A stretch of DNA of 41,414 nt from Schmidtea nova. Its lineage: Eukaryota. The notes beneath the pieces are model-generated. The model made no database searches. It saw nothing but the letters and a program-made list of their open reading frames with translations, and was not told where the DNA came from. Location of the stretch: the NCBI GenBank assembly GCA_044892505.1, contig CM097883.1:395334587-395376000 (forward strand), given 5' to 3'. Positions 13,901-27,092 of this stretch are shown here, piece by piece (position 1 is the first letter of the stretch; each line of letters opens with the position of its first letter). Made by a program: the position numbers and the translations under genes.

Positions 13901-16900
13901 CAAATGTAAAAAATTATAATGTTCTAATAAATATGTATTTTTAAATAATATGTATTTTACGTAATATTTTTTTTCGGACAATTTATCCAATGTTTACTAA
14001 TGTGAAAATTTCATGCTAAGTAATTTCTCTATATTATAAAGCAATGATTCCCAACATTTTTGGTTTGTGTCACACAAAATATACGAAAATTTTCGCAGCT
14101 AACTTAAAGGTATTTACCACTTTTTAAAATTAATTGTCGTAAATATAAAATAACATTCTAATACTCTAATTGTCTAATAATACCTCAGTGCAGTGATTCT
14201 CAACCTTTTTTTGGATTGTGGCATACCTAAATGAACCTGAAAATTTTCGCGGCACACCTGAAAGATTTAACAATTTTTATAGAGTAAAAGTTGTATATTT
14301 ATTTAAATTATTTTAATTAGAAAGCTGTACTTGTTTTTGAGAACAAATCAGATTTTAGCGTGGTTCGGATGTCGGCAGAATAAGATCGCATTTCGTCGTC
14401 GATCCGAAGAAGTCTCTCTCGACTTGGAAACGTTCAAAAATGAAATGAAATTGTTGTTTAAAAATCCGTTAAAATCATTTTAGTGTATTTCAAATTTTCA
14501 TTAAAATCCCTAGCAATTTTAAATATTTTCTAAACTTCTCGCTGCACACAGGCTGAGTATCACTGCCATAGTGGTAAAATAACGTTAAATTCCAAAGACC
14601 TACAATTTTAAACTTTATTTAATACCAAGCTTATGTAATATCGTAAAACTAGTTGATTATAACAAAGTTATAATATTGACGAATGATTTATCTAAATAAT
14701 CTAATAACACCAATAATACTTAACGTAAATGTTTATGAATAAAATATAATACTGATAAATAATTAATAGTTATATTGATTGCAGCTATAGTTGAAATTAA
14801 TATAATATCTAACATTAAGCATTTAAATTAAAATTTTAAATCAGTAAATTTATGCAATTTATAGATTTATTAATGTCTTACCTAATTTTTTAATCCAATT
14901 ACCGTATATAATCGTGTATAAGTCGAGAAATTTTGTACTAAATTTAAGGACTTTTTCTTCAATTCGACTTATAGGCGGGTCATACAAAAATATATTTACT
15001 TTTTCTAAATTTTTTTTTGGAAAATGAGTTTTTTAATTGTGTTACTTTCAATTAAATTATGCAATTCAAACAACGGATTTTTTAATTATTAAGACATTTA
15101 AATTGTGGCAATATTAAATGATCAGTACTTTTAATAAAATGATCAGTAAATTTTGATTAGTATCGCATTGCTTTCCTCGCAACTTGACCTTATTTCATCT
15201 GTAGTAAACTTTTCCCTCTTCAAATGTCGTGTTTGAATAATGCCGACTCCAAAGATTTTCATTTTGGAGTGCATCTTCACTTTCCTGTTTATTCTTGAAA
15301 ACACATTCCCTCTTCCATTCTCGTTTTTTCTTTTGTTTTGGTTGTTTTCTTTAGTTATCTGTTTCATCATTCTCAGAATAAACATCTGAGATATATATAT
15401 AAACTGATCGTTTATTAATTAACTAATCGGGAATCTATCTACTGGTCATTAAAATAATTTACTGGTCGTTTTATCAATTTACTGGTAATTTATTTATTTT
15501 ACTGGGCACAAATTACTGTTCGTTTAAATTAAAATACTAATCATTTATATCACGCCAATTTAAATTAAATTAATAATTTTAAATTCATTTATCAATAAAC
15601 TTAAATTCAATAACCAATATTTGCAAAGAAATAAAACCAGTAATCTACAGTTATCCAACAAAGAAACTTATTATCTACATATTATTTATGACCTTTATTT
15701 TCACATCGACTTGTACACGGGTTTCCAATTTTGGACTAAAAACTGGCTTTAAATTTTCAATTCGACTTATACTCGAGTCGACTTATACACGAGTATATAC
15801 GGTATATTATATTAATTATTGAAGGACTATAAATCAAATTTTTTGTTGTTGTTAGGTATAATTTTATTATCGTACATTTTGATCACTTTACTGCAGTCTT
15901 TAGAAAGCCATACAAAATTTTACCGATTGAAATAATCTTTTAATAAAATGTTATAAATTTTTTGTAGAGTTTTGAATTATTAATTAACAACATATTAGAA
16001 GTATTTCCGTGGCTCACTACAGTCCAGCAACACTCAGGTCGGGAATCGCTGTTATAGAGAATCAGAGATTGTTGATCTATTCATGGAAATATTGTTTTCG
16101 AACTTTATCCCTTATCAGATGAATTGATATTATGAATAAATAAATGTTCATACTTAATCTAACATTGTTTTAATTCTAGATTTTTGATCTTTCTTCGAAT
16201 GCCGAATTAGACAAGTTTTTGGAAGTATTCGATTTGTTGAAAACAGCTTATGAGGACAATGCCTTGCTGGGAGCATTGGTAGAGGTAATAAATTATTTGT
16301 AAATTAGATTTGTAGAAATAATCTTTTATTTTTAGTAAATATTATGATGAAATAGACAACTAAATCAAATAGTTATTCAAAATTATAATTATTTTTATTT
16401 GATATTTATTTAATTAATGAATTATATTAATGAATTATATTAATGAATTATATTAATGAATTATATTAATGAATTATATTAATGAATTATATTAATGAAT
16501 TATATTAATGAATTATATTAATGAATTATATTAATGAATTATATTAATGAATTATATTAATGAATTATATTAATGAATTATATTAATGAATTATATTAAT
16601 GAATTATATTAATGAATTATATTAATGAATTATATTAATGAATTATATTAATGAATTATATTAATGAATTATATTAATGAATTATATTAATGAATTATAT
16701 TAATGAATTATATTAATGAATTATATTAATGAATTATATTAATGAATTATATTAATGAATTATATTAATGAATTATATTAATGAAACAAATGTATTAATA
16801 ATCATGCATGAGTTATTATCATTAAAATATTCCTTTCTGCAAGAAATTACTAATGCAAAATTACAAAACTATTATCAATCGTAAATTAAATAATAAAAAT

Positions 16901-17150
16901 AAATAATAAAATATTTAATCAAAGTTTTCTGAACGAAAATTATAAGTCAAACAGACTTTTGCCATATTTTTGGTTCCATTGTTGAATACAGGATATTTCC
17001 TTTAAAGGCTATATTTAACTATTTTTGGGTTGGAGTGAGAAGTTGGCCTGAAAACAATTAACAAATTAACTAATATTTGGTTTTAATAAAATAAAATTTA
17101 CTTTTAGGTTTCTGAAACAAGTATATATGTGTAATAAATGATTTTTATAT

Positions 17151-17209
<59 letters not shown>

Positions 17210-18665
17210 ATTAGATTAGATTAGATTCATTTAATTTGTCAATTATTTTAAAATTGAAGGAAATTATATAACATATTTTAGTTTAATGAAACTTGATTTA
17301 TTTTGATAAAAACAATTAGATGTTTTCCAGACGGCCAGTTCTGGAACCAATAAGTGCAGGGCCCGATTGAAATTTTTAGTGGGCCCTCGATATATTAAAT
17401 ATTTAAAAAAAATGCAAATCACACATATATATATATATATATATTTATTGATTAATTTAAATATTTGAATAATTTATCCTTAATCGTAAAAAGCAATTTG
17501 CTATAAATTTCCAAAAATAATTTTTGTTAATTTTGGTGGTGATACGGGGCCCCGATTGGTCCCAATCGCTCCAGCGCCTAAAATCCGGGCCTGTAGACTG
17601 CTTGAATTTACAGAAAAATAAATACTTTTTCATTATTTATCTTCCAGTGACCAAGATAGTTCTAGAATATTAAATCATTCATTAGTATCGGGGTTGCAAC
17701 TTTCGTTGCCGATACCCCTATAACAAAAGTTAATAAGATAAAATAAGAATGAAACATTTATTTAAAAGATCTTCTTTCGCTTCTTTAAAACTGCTTGTAA
17801 GTAAAATCTGCTTGTTAAAATTCTTGTAGGTTAAAATGCTTCTTGGTTAAAATTGCTAACGTTGTAATTCTGCTTATTTAAAATCTTGTGCGTTATGAAT
17901 TTCAATTCTCCATTTCTCTTGTTATTTAAAACAAAACCTTTATAAATCTCTATATTTTTATTTAATATACATATGTATATATAATATATTCAAATTAATT
18001 ATTATTTGAAACGTTAAGTATTACTTTTCATTTATCATTTATACACATTTTTTGATTTTCGGATGACTGACTGATTTAAATAAGGATTTTTTAATGTGAT
18101 ATTAAATGCAATTTTTAAAAGCAGACGCGTTTCGCGATTATTTGGCTCTCATTAGTCTCATGTAAGAAATTTGATTTAACCGGAATCGAACCCAGCAACT
18201 TTGTAACCAGATCAATGGATGATGAGTTATTCATACGCCTTATTTGTAACATATCAAGTGTATTTCCATACATTTGATGAAAGCGGTTCAAATAAATTGT
18301 GATATTTGATTCCCATAGTAGTATGACTATAGATCAAAATTATTTTTCTGGTTTTTAAGTACAAAATATTTCGGCACTTGATAAAGGTTGTGCTAAAATA
18401 TTGCGTACTTAAATAACCAAAAAAAATTTTTTTTATCTATAGTCATATCATTATGAAAATTATTGATATAAATAAAAAGAGACAAAAAAAGATAATTGAT
18501 AATTATAACTGATTTGTCTTGTTAGGGGGATTGATCAAACTCTAGATACTGGTCATAATGTTATTTGGTTCGATTCAAGGTTGGATCGAGTTTCGTACAT
18601 GGCACTGATGAGAGCCTATAAGCTCGCAACGCATATGTCATTAGAAATCACATTAAATTGTTATG

Positions 18666-18711
<46 letters not shown>

Positions 18712-21700
18712 GAAATTGTAAAATAAAATCAAGAAATATTTTAGCAAACTTTATTGGAGACTTGCTATTGTAATTATCGTTACTGGGACCGGTAAATAAT
18801 GAAGAAATAGAAATTATGGCAAAAAACTTATTAATTCTAGTGACCAGATCAATATCGGTTGAAATGTTCTGTGAACAATTGTTATTGTGCGTAGTGTAAC
18901 AAATCGCTGTCAACATATTATAATCAATAAATCCAAGGTGCAGATCAAACAAGTTTTTAACAAGCTCGTTGTGTTTGCTTTTTTTCAATTTTTTTGGCAA
19001 CTTTTTCCTTTTGACTACGAAATATACCCCCAAGCCGGTAAATTAGCTTCCGTTCCACGAGAATGATCAGAATGAAACAAATGATCGTTTCAAAGCTTTT
19101 GTTTAATTTTATGTCGTTGGGTTGGCATTTACCATGAAAACCATTGTCAGGATCGAAGAACTTTTGAAGTAATTACTAGATATCACATTCACAAGGTTTT
19201 ATTTTGTAAATAAACTCTTTCATAGTTTCGACAACTGTTGAATTCAGACGTATCTGAATGATGTTTACCTTACAGCTATATAAGGTGAATGCTGAGAATC
19301 CTTGTTATCAATATCAAAAATTTAGGACTGAAAGGGTTACTGGTAATCCTTCATGCTTGAGGCGAATTCTCCAGTTCTACTGAAAGTAGAATTATGTCGT
19401 GTCTTAAAAATAAAGTTCTCTTTCTCCCGATTCAAGAGAATTTATAGTTTGAAATATTAATTAGGCATAGGTGAAGGTTTGTTAACATTTAGAGGAGTGT
19501 CAACTGGTAAATGTTGCTGGAAAGATTTTTGAAACCATTTTGAAACATGATAAATAAGAGGCCGACTTATTTACTGCGTATATAATCGGATCGTTTGAGG
19601 GATATTTGTGCAGCTTGTCATAGGTTGGGAAGTTTTGTTATTTATGGATGAACGGACATAATGCACTATTGTGACTTATCACAGACCATTATGGTGCTAA
19701 GGTTTATTTAAAAGGTAGAGGCAAGAGAAGTAGACAGAGTAGAGAAATATTGATAGGACTGGACCAAATTAAAATATGCGATGTCAATGAAATTGTTCAA
19801 AGGAGATAAAAAGAATAATACTGTAGAAATTAGATAATAAATTACAAAATCCAAACGAATCATTAAGGGAATTTGTATATAGTTTAACTATCTTAGCCGA
19901 CGAAACATTTGAAGTCAAGACTGAACAGGTGGAAATGTTTGTAATGTTCGTCAACCCTTCTGGACTCAACAAATTCTGTTTGAGGCGTATTTGATATGTA
20001 TACAAGAAATGCAGTGATATTGTACAGCAGTGTAATATTATAAAAATAGAATAAATAATTTTTATTTAAAATAATTTTTATAATTTTTATATCAAAGATT
20101 TCACAAAAAATATATTTATTACACCTATTTATCACAATTTTTATTTCTTTGACGCATAATAAAGTCTGTGATTTTCAATTGTCTAGATGCTTTTTCTCCT
20201 TGAATTTCATCAGTCAAATCCCATATTTTGTTTATCCTATCAGGAATATTAGCTTGGAAGTATTTTTCAAGTTTTCTTGTTTACTCATAGGCTTCGAAGA
20301 GGTTGAATAAAAGATGGCGTATTTTGTGGGAAAAAGAATAATTCGATATTACGCAATTCAAAGTCTTTTGGGTGAATAAGTGCGTTATCTAACAATAATA
20401 AAGTTTTCCGATCCTCTGCTTTCATTATAATGTTTAAATCTTTTAACCAATCGTGAAAAATTGTCAACGTCATCCAAGATTTTGTATTTCAAAGATAATA
20501 AATAGATCATTTTTCTATATCGAAATTTTTAAAACAACGAGGTTTCTTCAACCTGCCTATCACTAAAGGCTTGAGAACAACCTTTATCTTCATTGAATAA
20601 TTTTAACAATTTCTGTTTCTCTTCGATGCTTAAATCCTTTCTCTTTCGTTTTGAATTTGTGTTTTTCATATTTAAACAAGAAATTGTATAAATTAATGAT
20701 TTATTTTACTCTTTTATTTTGTTCATTGTTCAAAGTAAACATTGTTCATATTATAAAACATAATTTCCCTTGAAAACTATATGATTCCAAATAATTTTTG
20801 ACTTAAATGTTCATACTAAGAAGGGTTAACTGTATATATATATATATATATATATAGAAACTTTTATATATTCATATTTACAATTACACTGACTGACTGT
20901 TTTTACAATGCAATAAGTGATATTTTGTAAAATAAATAACTATTTGTTCTTTTTTTAAATGTTTTTTTTTAATTTGTTAATTTATATCATAATATAATAC
21001 AATAATATTCACTTTTTGACACCTTAATTACCGGTATTAAATTCAGAGTTTTACCGATTTTCCGGCAATTTTATACATGAATTTGTACAATTTATTTTAT
21101 TGTTAATTTATTTCTATTGTTAATTTTGTATTTAGTATAGTGGGATGGACAACAATAGACTGGAGTGTGGACTAATGACTAACCACTATTACAATATTAC
21201 CGGAATCAAAGAAATGAATATAAAAAATTCATCTTTGGTAACCATTTTTAATAAAGAAAAGTTAATGATGACTAGATTATGCCATCCGTCTTGGGACAAA
21301 CAATGGAATGGTGCATTTACAGAGGGGTATTTTTCATGTTTTCTTTATTTTTATAAAATATTGAAAATAAACACATGTCGTTAGTATTATCAAATTAAAT
21401 TTAAATTTGGACTTACTTAAAATGTTATTAACATCTCTTTTTCAGCTTTGATCTTTTCTTTTTTATTTTCAAAAATGTTTAGTTTTTGTAAAGACTGCAG
21501 ATAAAATTATTTTTAAAGTACATGAATTTTCCGCACAGCCCTTTTCAAGTGTGTACTTTCACATATAGTTGAAAACATACCGAAAATTCATGTATTTTTA
21601 AAGAAAAATTACCTATTCTTTAAAAGATGAAAATTATTTAAAATGTGTTAAGAAAATATTTAATATAATTTAATATAATTTTTATAATAATAAAATATTT

Positions 21701-24700
21701 AATATAATAACCAAATATTATTTATTTCAATCACTTTTTAGTATTATCACGTTTGGTATTATTGCTTGTTCGGTATTTTCATTTGCAAGTGTTGCATCGC
21801 TCTTGATTTGCTCTTCAGAAATACTCATGTGAATCATAAATCTACTTCTTAATTTTTTGCTTATATAGTTTTTCCTTTTTTGGACACCACTATAACATGT
21901 TTTTTTAAATCAACCAAAATTATTTCGCTTTATTAAATAAATAATTGAAATACTTTTAAAATTTTAAAATTATTATAAATTATTTTACATAATGCGTGAC
22001 GTCAAAAACTAATATACGAAGTAGAATATAGAGTAGCATATAGAATGATGGAACCGTTACTTCAAATGCTTAGCGACTCCCTGTAGTTGGGTTTATTCAA
22101 ATTTTTAAACAGCACATTGCCATTGTTTTTTTCTGGGGACCAACGATCATTTCGTTTGATGTATTTGTTGGGTTATTGGATTGTTGGTGAAATTGAAATT
22201 TACTAATTTATTCTCTGAGTCCAAGCGTGTTTATTTGATCAATAAAATAACAATTAACAGCTGGAACCTTGATTGATGTCACAGCTGGTTTCACAAATTA
22301 CACTGGTACAACAAGTTCAATAATATGACAGATAATTACCCAGTGCTTATTACGACACTCGGTTAGGAATAGCACTCGTGTACAATATCTCCGTTTAATG
22401 ACCAATAGCTACCGATTCAGATTCAATAATGGGTAACTGACTAATTGCTTTCTTGCTTTGACATGAAAATTTGCTTAATAAACTTTGACTCTTGTTCAAT
22501 TAATTTCTTGGTTTGCTAAATTAACTACAATCTTCTCAAATTTTCCTTTGATCTACGTTTTCTAATAATACACCTTGATTCTTCTCAATTTAAATTTTCT
22601 CCGCAGATTTCCTTTTGAATCTCAACTATATCTTCTTTCTCATCTACTGTTGTTTCTTCCTTTTATAGCACGTCAAATTTTTGGTACTTGATATAATTTT
22701 GTTTTTCCATTTTTGCCTCTCACATTCTCGACAGCTCCTGCCTTAACTCTTACAGCTGTCGAGATATGCCCTGGTTCCCTTTTTTATTATTACGACTTTT
22801 TCACCTGCAATTCTGATATCCCTGACAAGCTTTCAAGATATGAACTTTCCTCTTGTTTTTGTTTTCCGATTTTTGGAATTCCTTTTCCTTTTTCTACTTC
22901 TTAATTATGAATGATCGTTTCTGGCTAATTGTTCGGTCTCTTTTATTTCGCTGCCATTTACTCATTTCTGAATTTTTTCACTTTTCTTCCTCCTTTCCCG
23001 TATTTTATAACATCGCATCATTTACCCTGTCCATCTTCCCCCAATCATTTTATTTATTTGTGATAATGTTTAATTTATTGTTTAGGTATTCTCAACATAT
23101 TTTTAATTAGTTGTAGGATTTCCTTATTAAACTGAAGTGGATCAATAACTCATAACTTTACATATATGCTTGAATCTGTTATTTATACAAAATCAATAAA
23201 TCGAATTAATTCAATACATAACACAACAAACATGCGACTAAAATAATTAAAAACAAATGCCAATCCAAATACATTCTGCACAATATATTTCGAGAACTTA
23301 ATTCTCTTCATCAGGTGCTACTCAATCTTCCATTCAAATATAAATCAAATAAATCGATTTTTCAAACGAACTAATATTAATTTTTAAAATAAAATGTATA
23401 TTTTATAAATTTTATAAAATAGTCAAAAAATTTATTACGATTAAAATTTTTTAATTTAAATAAATTAATCTTAAAAATATAATATTCTCTTTTTACAAAA
23501 AAATATTTTTTTAAGAATATATTATAAATATTTCCATATTTATAAACAACAGAATGATTGAAAACAAAATCCATAATCCCCAATTGAAAATGCTCTAATA
23601 CTCGAGTACAGAAAAGACGGTCAGTCTTGTCCAAAGTATGTGGCATTTCGCCCATGACATTTGAAAAATTAAACGAGTATAGAACACAAATCAAAAGAAA
23701 AAAATAAGCGTCATCAACAATCACATCATTTAATTTACTTAAACTGCAAAAAAATGAGGCAAACACACACACTCAAAACTCTCACACTCACATATTCAAT
23801 AAAAGAAATTTTTTATTATTTGAAGTCTTGGGTAATATACATCAATTTAAACATATATTACGGGAACTATTATCATAATTTTAATTATAATTGAGAAAAT
23901 AATTGTGAAAAATTATCGAAATTAAAATAAGTAATTAATTTTGCTATTACTTCGAGTTATGCGAAATTATTCAGAACTATTTGGGCTACCCAGCGCTGTG
24001 CGGGAAATTTGCAAAATACAAAATATTCCAAATGGCCCGTGCAGGGATGATTAACTAACAAAGAAAAGATAATTACATGAAAATTTCTTTATTTTCTTCA
24101 TTTCTGTACAAAAATCACAAAAACAAATACATTACTTGTGTCATTTTATTCACGAAGCAGCTTTTTTGTACACAACATTCTTCTACTGTAGAAGAGAGAC
24201 CAGAGACTTCTGCCGGATTTAATAATAAACGTTCTAAAATCGTCTATAAAAGCGAATTTTCATGTTATTTTTTCGGATATAAATTTTGACATTTTTCTCA
24301 ATAGTATAGTAAACTGGGCGAATTAGAAGTTCATTCGGTCTTCTACGTTTTCAACTTGAAAATTGAATATATTTGTCTACCTTTTACCCATAATTTGAAG
24401 TTTTATATACGGACATACAAGCACACATACTTTTATTTTTATATATTAGGTTATTTTTGAAATAACTATTAAAGTTTGTTTCATACTTATAATTCATTTG
24501 GTATTTGTATAATTTATGATTTTCACTTTCAGGGGTAAAGAGTGGCAATTACTTACTGCTTCTGAGAAATCTAAAATGGGCCAAACTTATTTAAATGATG
24601 GAGAATTCTGGTATTACATTTTTTTTGATAATTGAAAATCTAAAACAATTAATATTAAGTTATGTAATTTATTTATACACTAGAACCTCGATTTGCGTCG

Positions 24701-26998
24701 TTTCGATTTGCGTTGTTTTCGAAGTTGCGTCGTTAAAATTTTGGTTTGCGTCGCTTAAATTTTATATAAATAGGATGTCCCATTTAATTCTGTAATTCAT
24801 TTTTTACGTCCCAATTTAAATTCATAGTCCGTTGTTTAGGAAATTGCTATATATATATGTGTGTAAAAATTATATAATTGTCATTCTCAAGTGTATAATT
24901 AAAAGTGTTGTTTGAATTGATATTGTACCAACCGTTCGTAGAGAACTTGCGGAACCTGACGAAGATCGAAGTTCAAAAGTTACTAGATCTATAGAAAGCA
25001 CTATAAATTGCTACAAGGAAATTTACTTGGAAAAAAAAGCGGCAAAAGTTCAACAAACTTTGGACATTTTTTTTACTAAATCTGTACGAGAACCAAATAA
25101 GTCAACAGAAATATTAATTGATTTAGAATCGTCAGGTTCATCAAATTAGAATCGTCAACCGTCAATATTAAATTATAAGTTATGTTATAATGTTTGTGCA
25201 ATGTAAAAGATTTTTTATTTTATTTAATGAATTTTTATGTTATTTTTTATTTTCTTTTATGTTAATGAATTTATGTATTATAGTATTTTCTTTATGTTCG
25301 TTTTCTTATGTTGGTATTATATACATATGAATTAAATAGTTTTTGATACAAGGAATTGTTTTCTGTTAGTACTTATTAACAAAATATAGTTATACACACG
25401 TCAATACTAAAAACTCGATTTGCGTCATCTTTTTCAAGTCCCAATTAACGACGCAAATCGAGGTTCCAGTGTATATCGATGGTTCAAAGGTAAAAGTCAC
25501 TAACTAACATAAAAGCAAGTTAAACTCACCAAATGTTATAATGACTTTTACTTGTTGAATTTTAAGAAATATATTATTTCTTATCTAAAATCTCACTATA
25601 ATCAAGGAAAAATAGAAAAATAATTTTACACGACTAAAGGTTAATAATATCATTTAATTGAATTTAGTTAATTTATAAATTTATTATTTGTGTTACATAC
25701 AGTGGCGTAGCTAGGATATGTGCCGCCCGATGCGATCCTTAAAATTGCCGCCCACAATAATTTTTATCAAGCAAAATCTGACCTTCCTAAAAATCTGTAA
25801 CTTAGTTAATAATTAATAAACAAAACTTCCCAATTACACTACATACCCTTCACATGTTATATGCATATTATTTATTTATCTTGTATGTAATATTTGTTTT
25901 CTTAATAAAATTATCACAATAATTAATTTTAAATAATACAATAAAATGCAAAATATCAAATATTATAAAACACGACAGAATCAACATACCATTAGAGAGT
26001 AAATCCAGGGTTATGAACCACACTAGACTATCCCCCGCGAAAATGCCGCCTCCAAGCAGGTGCCACCCGAGTGGTTCCTCGCCCTTCAATAGCCACCCTA
26101 ATGGTTACGTATATCAAATAATTAGTGGTACAAAAAACCGCAAAATACTAATTAAAATTTTATTCAGTATTTATTATTACAAAACCTTTAATTAAGCTCC
26201 AGTGTTGTTTTACTTATGTTTTGCTTCTTAATTTACAATAGAATGATATTTAAATTAAATTAAATTATTTTAGTAATATTTATTTAGGATATTATTCCAA
26301 GACTTCATTAAATATTTTAGCCGCGTAATCATAATTAGAATTCCAAATATTAATCCCATTAGTTTGAAAACTACTTGGTTTGAAAGTAAAGGAAATGAAT
26401 TTTGGTATGGTTATGCAAAAGACAATGAGAAGGCAATTGAAGGATCAGGTGGTGGCGGACAATTCTATTTTGAAGTAAATCGCCCAACGGGTGATAGCGT
26501 CCTCATAAATGTCCTTCAAAAATGCAGGAAAGGGAGTGAATTACCTATGGCTTTGTTACTCTACAAAGTATTTTTAAAACTTTTGATAAAAATTAATACA
26601 GTTTAGGTTGAGCGAAATCGGCAAACAATTTTATTCTCAACAAAACTAGCTCAATTAGTAGAAGAATACCATATTAACAACACAAGATCTATAGGTCTGC
26701 GCTATTTGCTGAAGCAAGGATCGTATGTAATTAAGACTTACCTAGAAACCTCTCCTGACAAGGGTGATCAAATATTTTATCACATACGTATTTATACAAC
26801 CGAAATCAACAATGGCAGGTCGATTGTCGTTGTCATTGTTTTATTAGCGAATAATATTTTGTAGATTTTTGATTTCAGAATCCTTCAGAAAAGCTCCGTT
26901 ATTATGTCCTTGTTTTGAAATTGAAGCATGTGTTATAACAAGACTGAGGGTTGTAAAAGCGTATGAAATGTCCAAAGATATTTCAAAAGGATGTAAGA

Positions 26999-27092
<94 letters not shown>

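Larger units (their letters stand above)
14042..16051. mobile_element. hAT non-autonomous element expanded by nested insertions
   Basis: Ends CAATGATTCCCAAC (14042) and GGTCGGGAATCGCTG (to 16051). The 8-bp flanks TTATAAAG and TTATAGAG match 7/8, as expected for a hAT TSD. Confidence 0.7.

Noticed and set aside
16413-16785. Regular repeat array as a CRISPR candidate
   Set aside because: 13-bp units with no spacers, in a eukaryotic intron, with no cas genes.
18525-18600. Functional tRNA gene
   Set aside because: A- and B-box-like motifs are present, but there is no acceptor stem pairing or complete cloverleaf. Treated as a SINE-like head.
21785-21825. Possible fifth hammerhead (minus strand CTGAAGA GC...GC GATG)
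   Set aside because: GAAA is replaced by GATG, stem II does not pair and no stem I was found.
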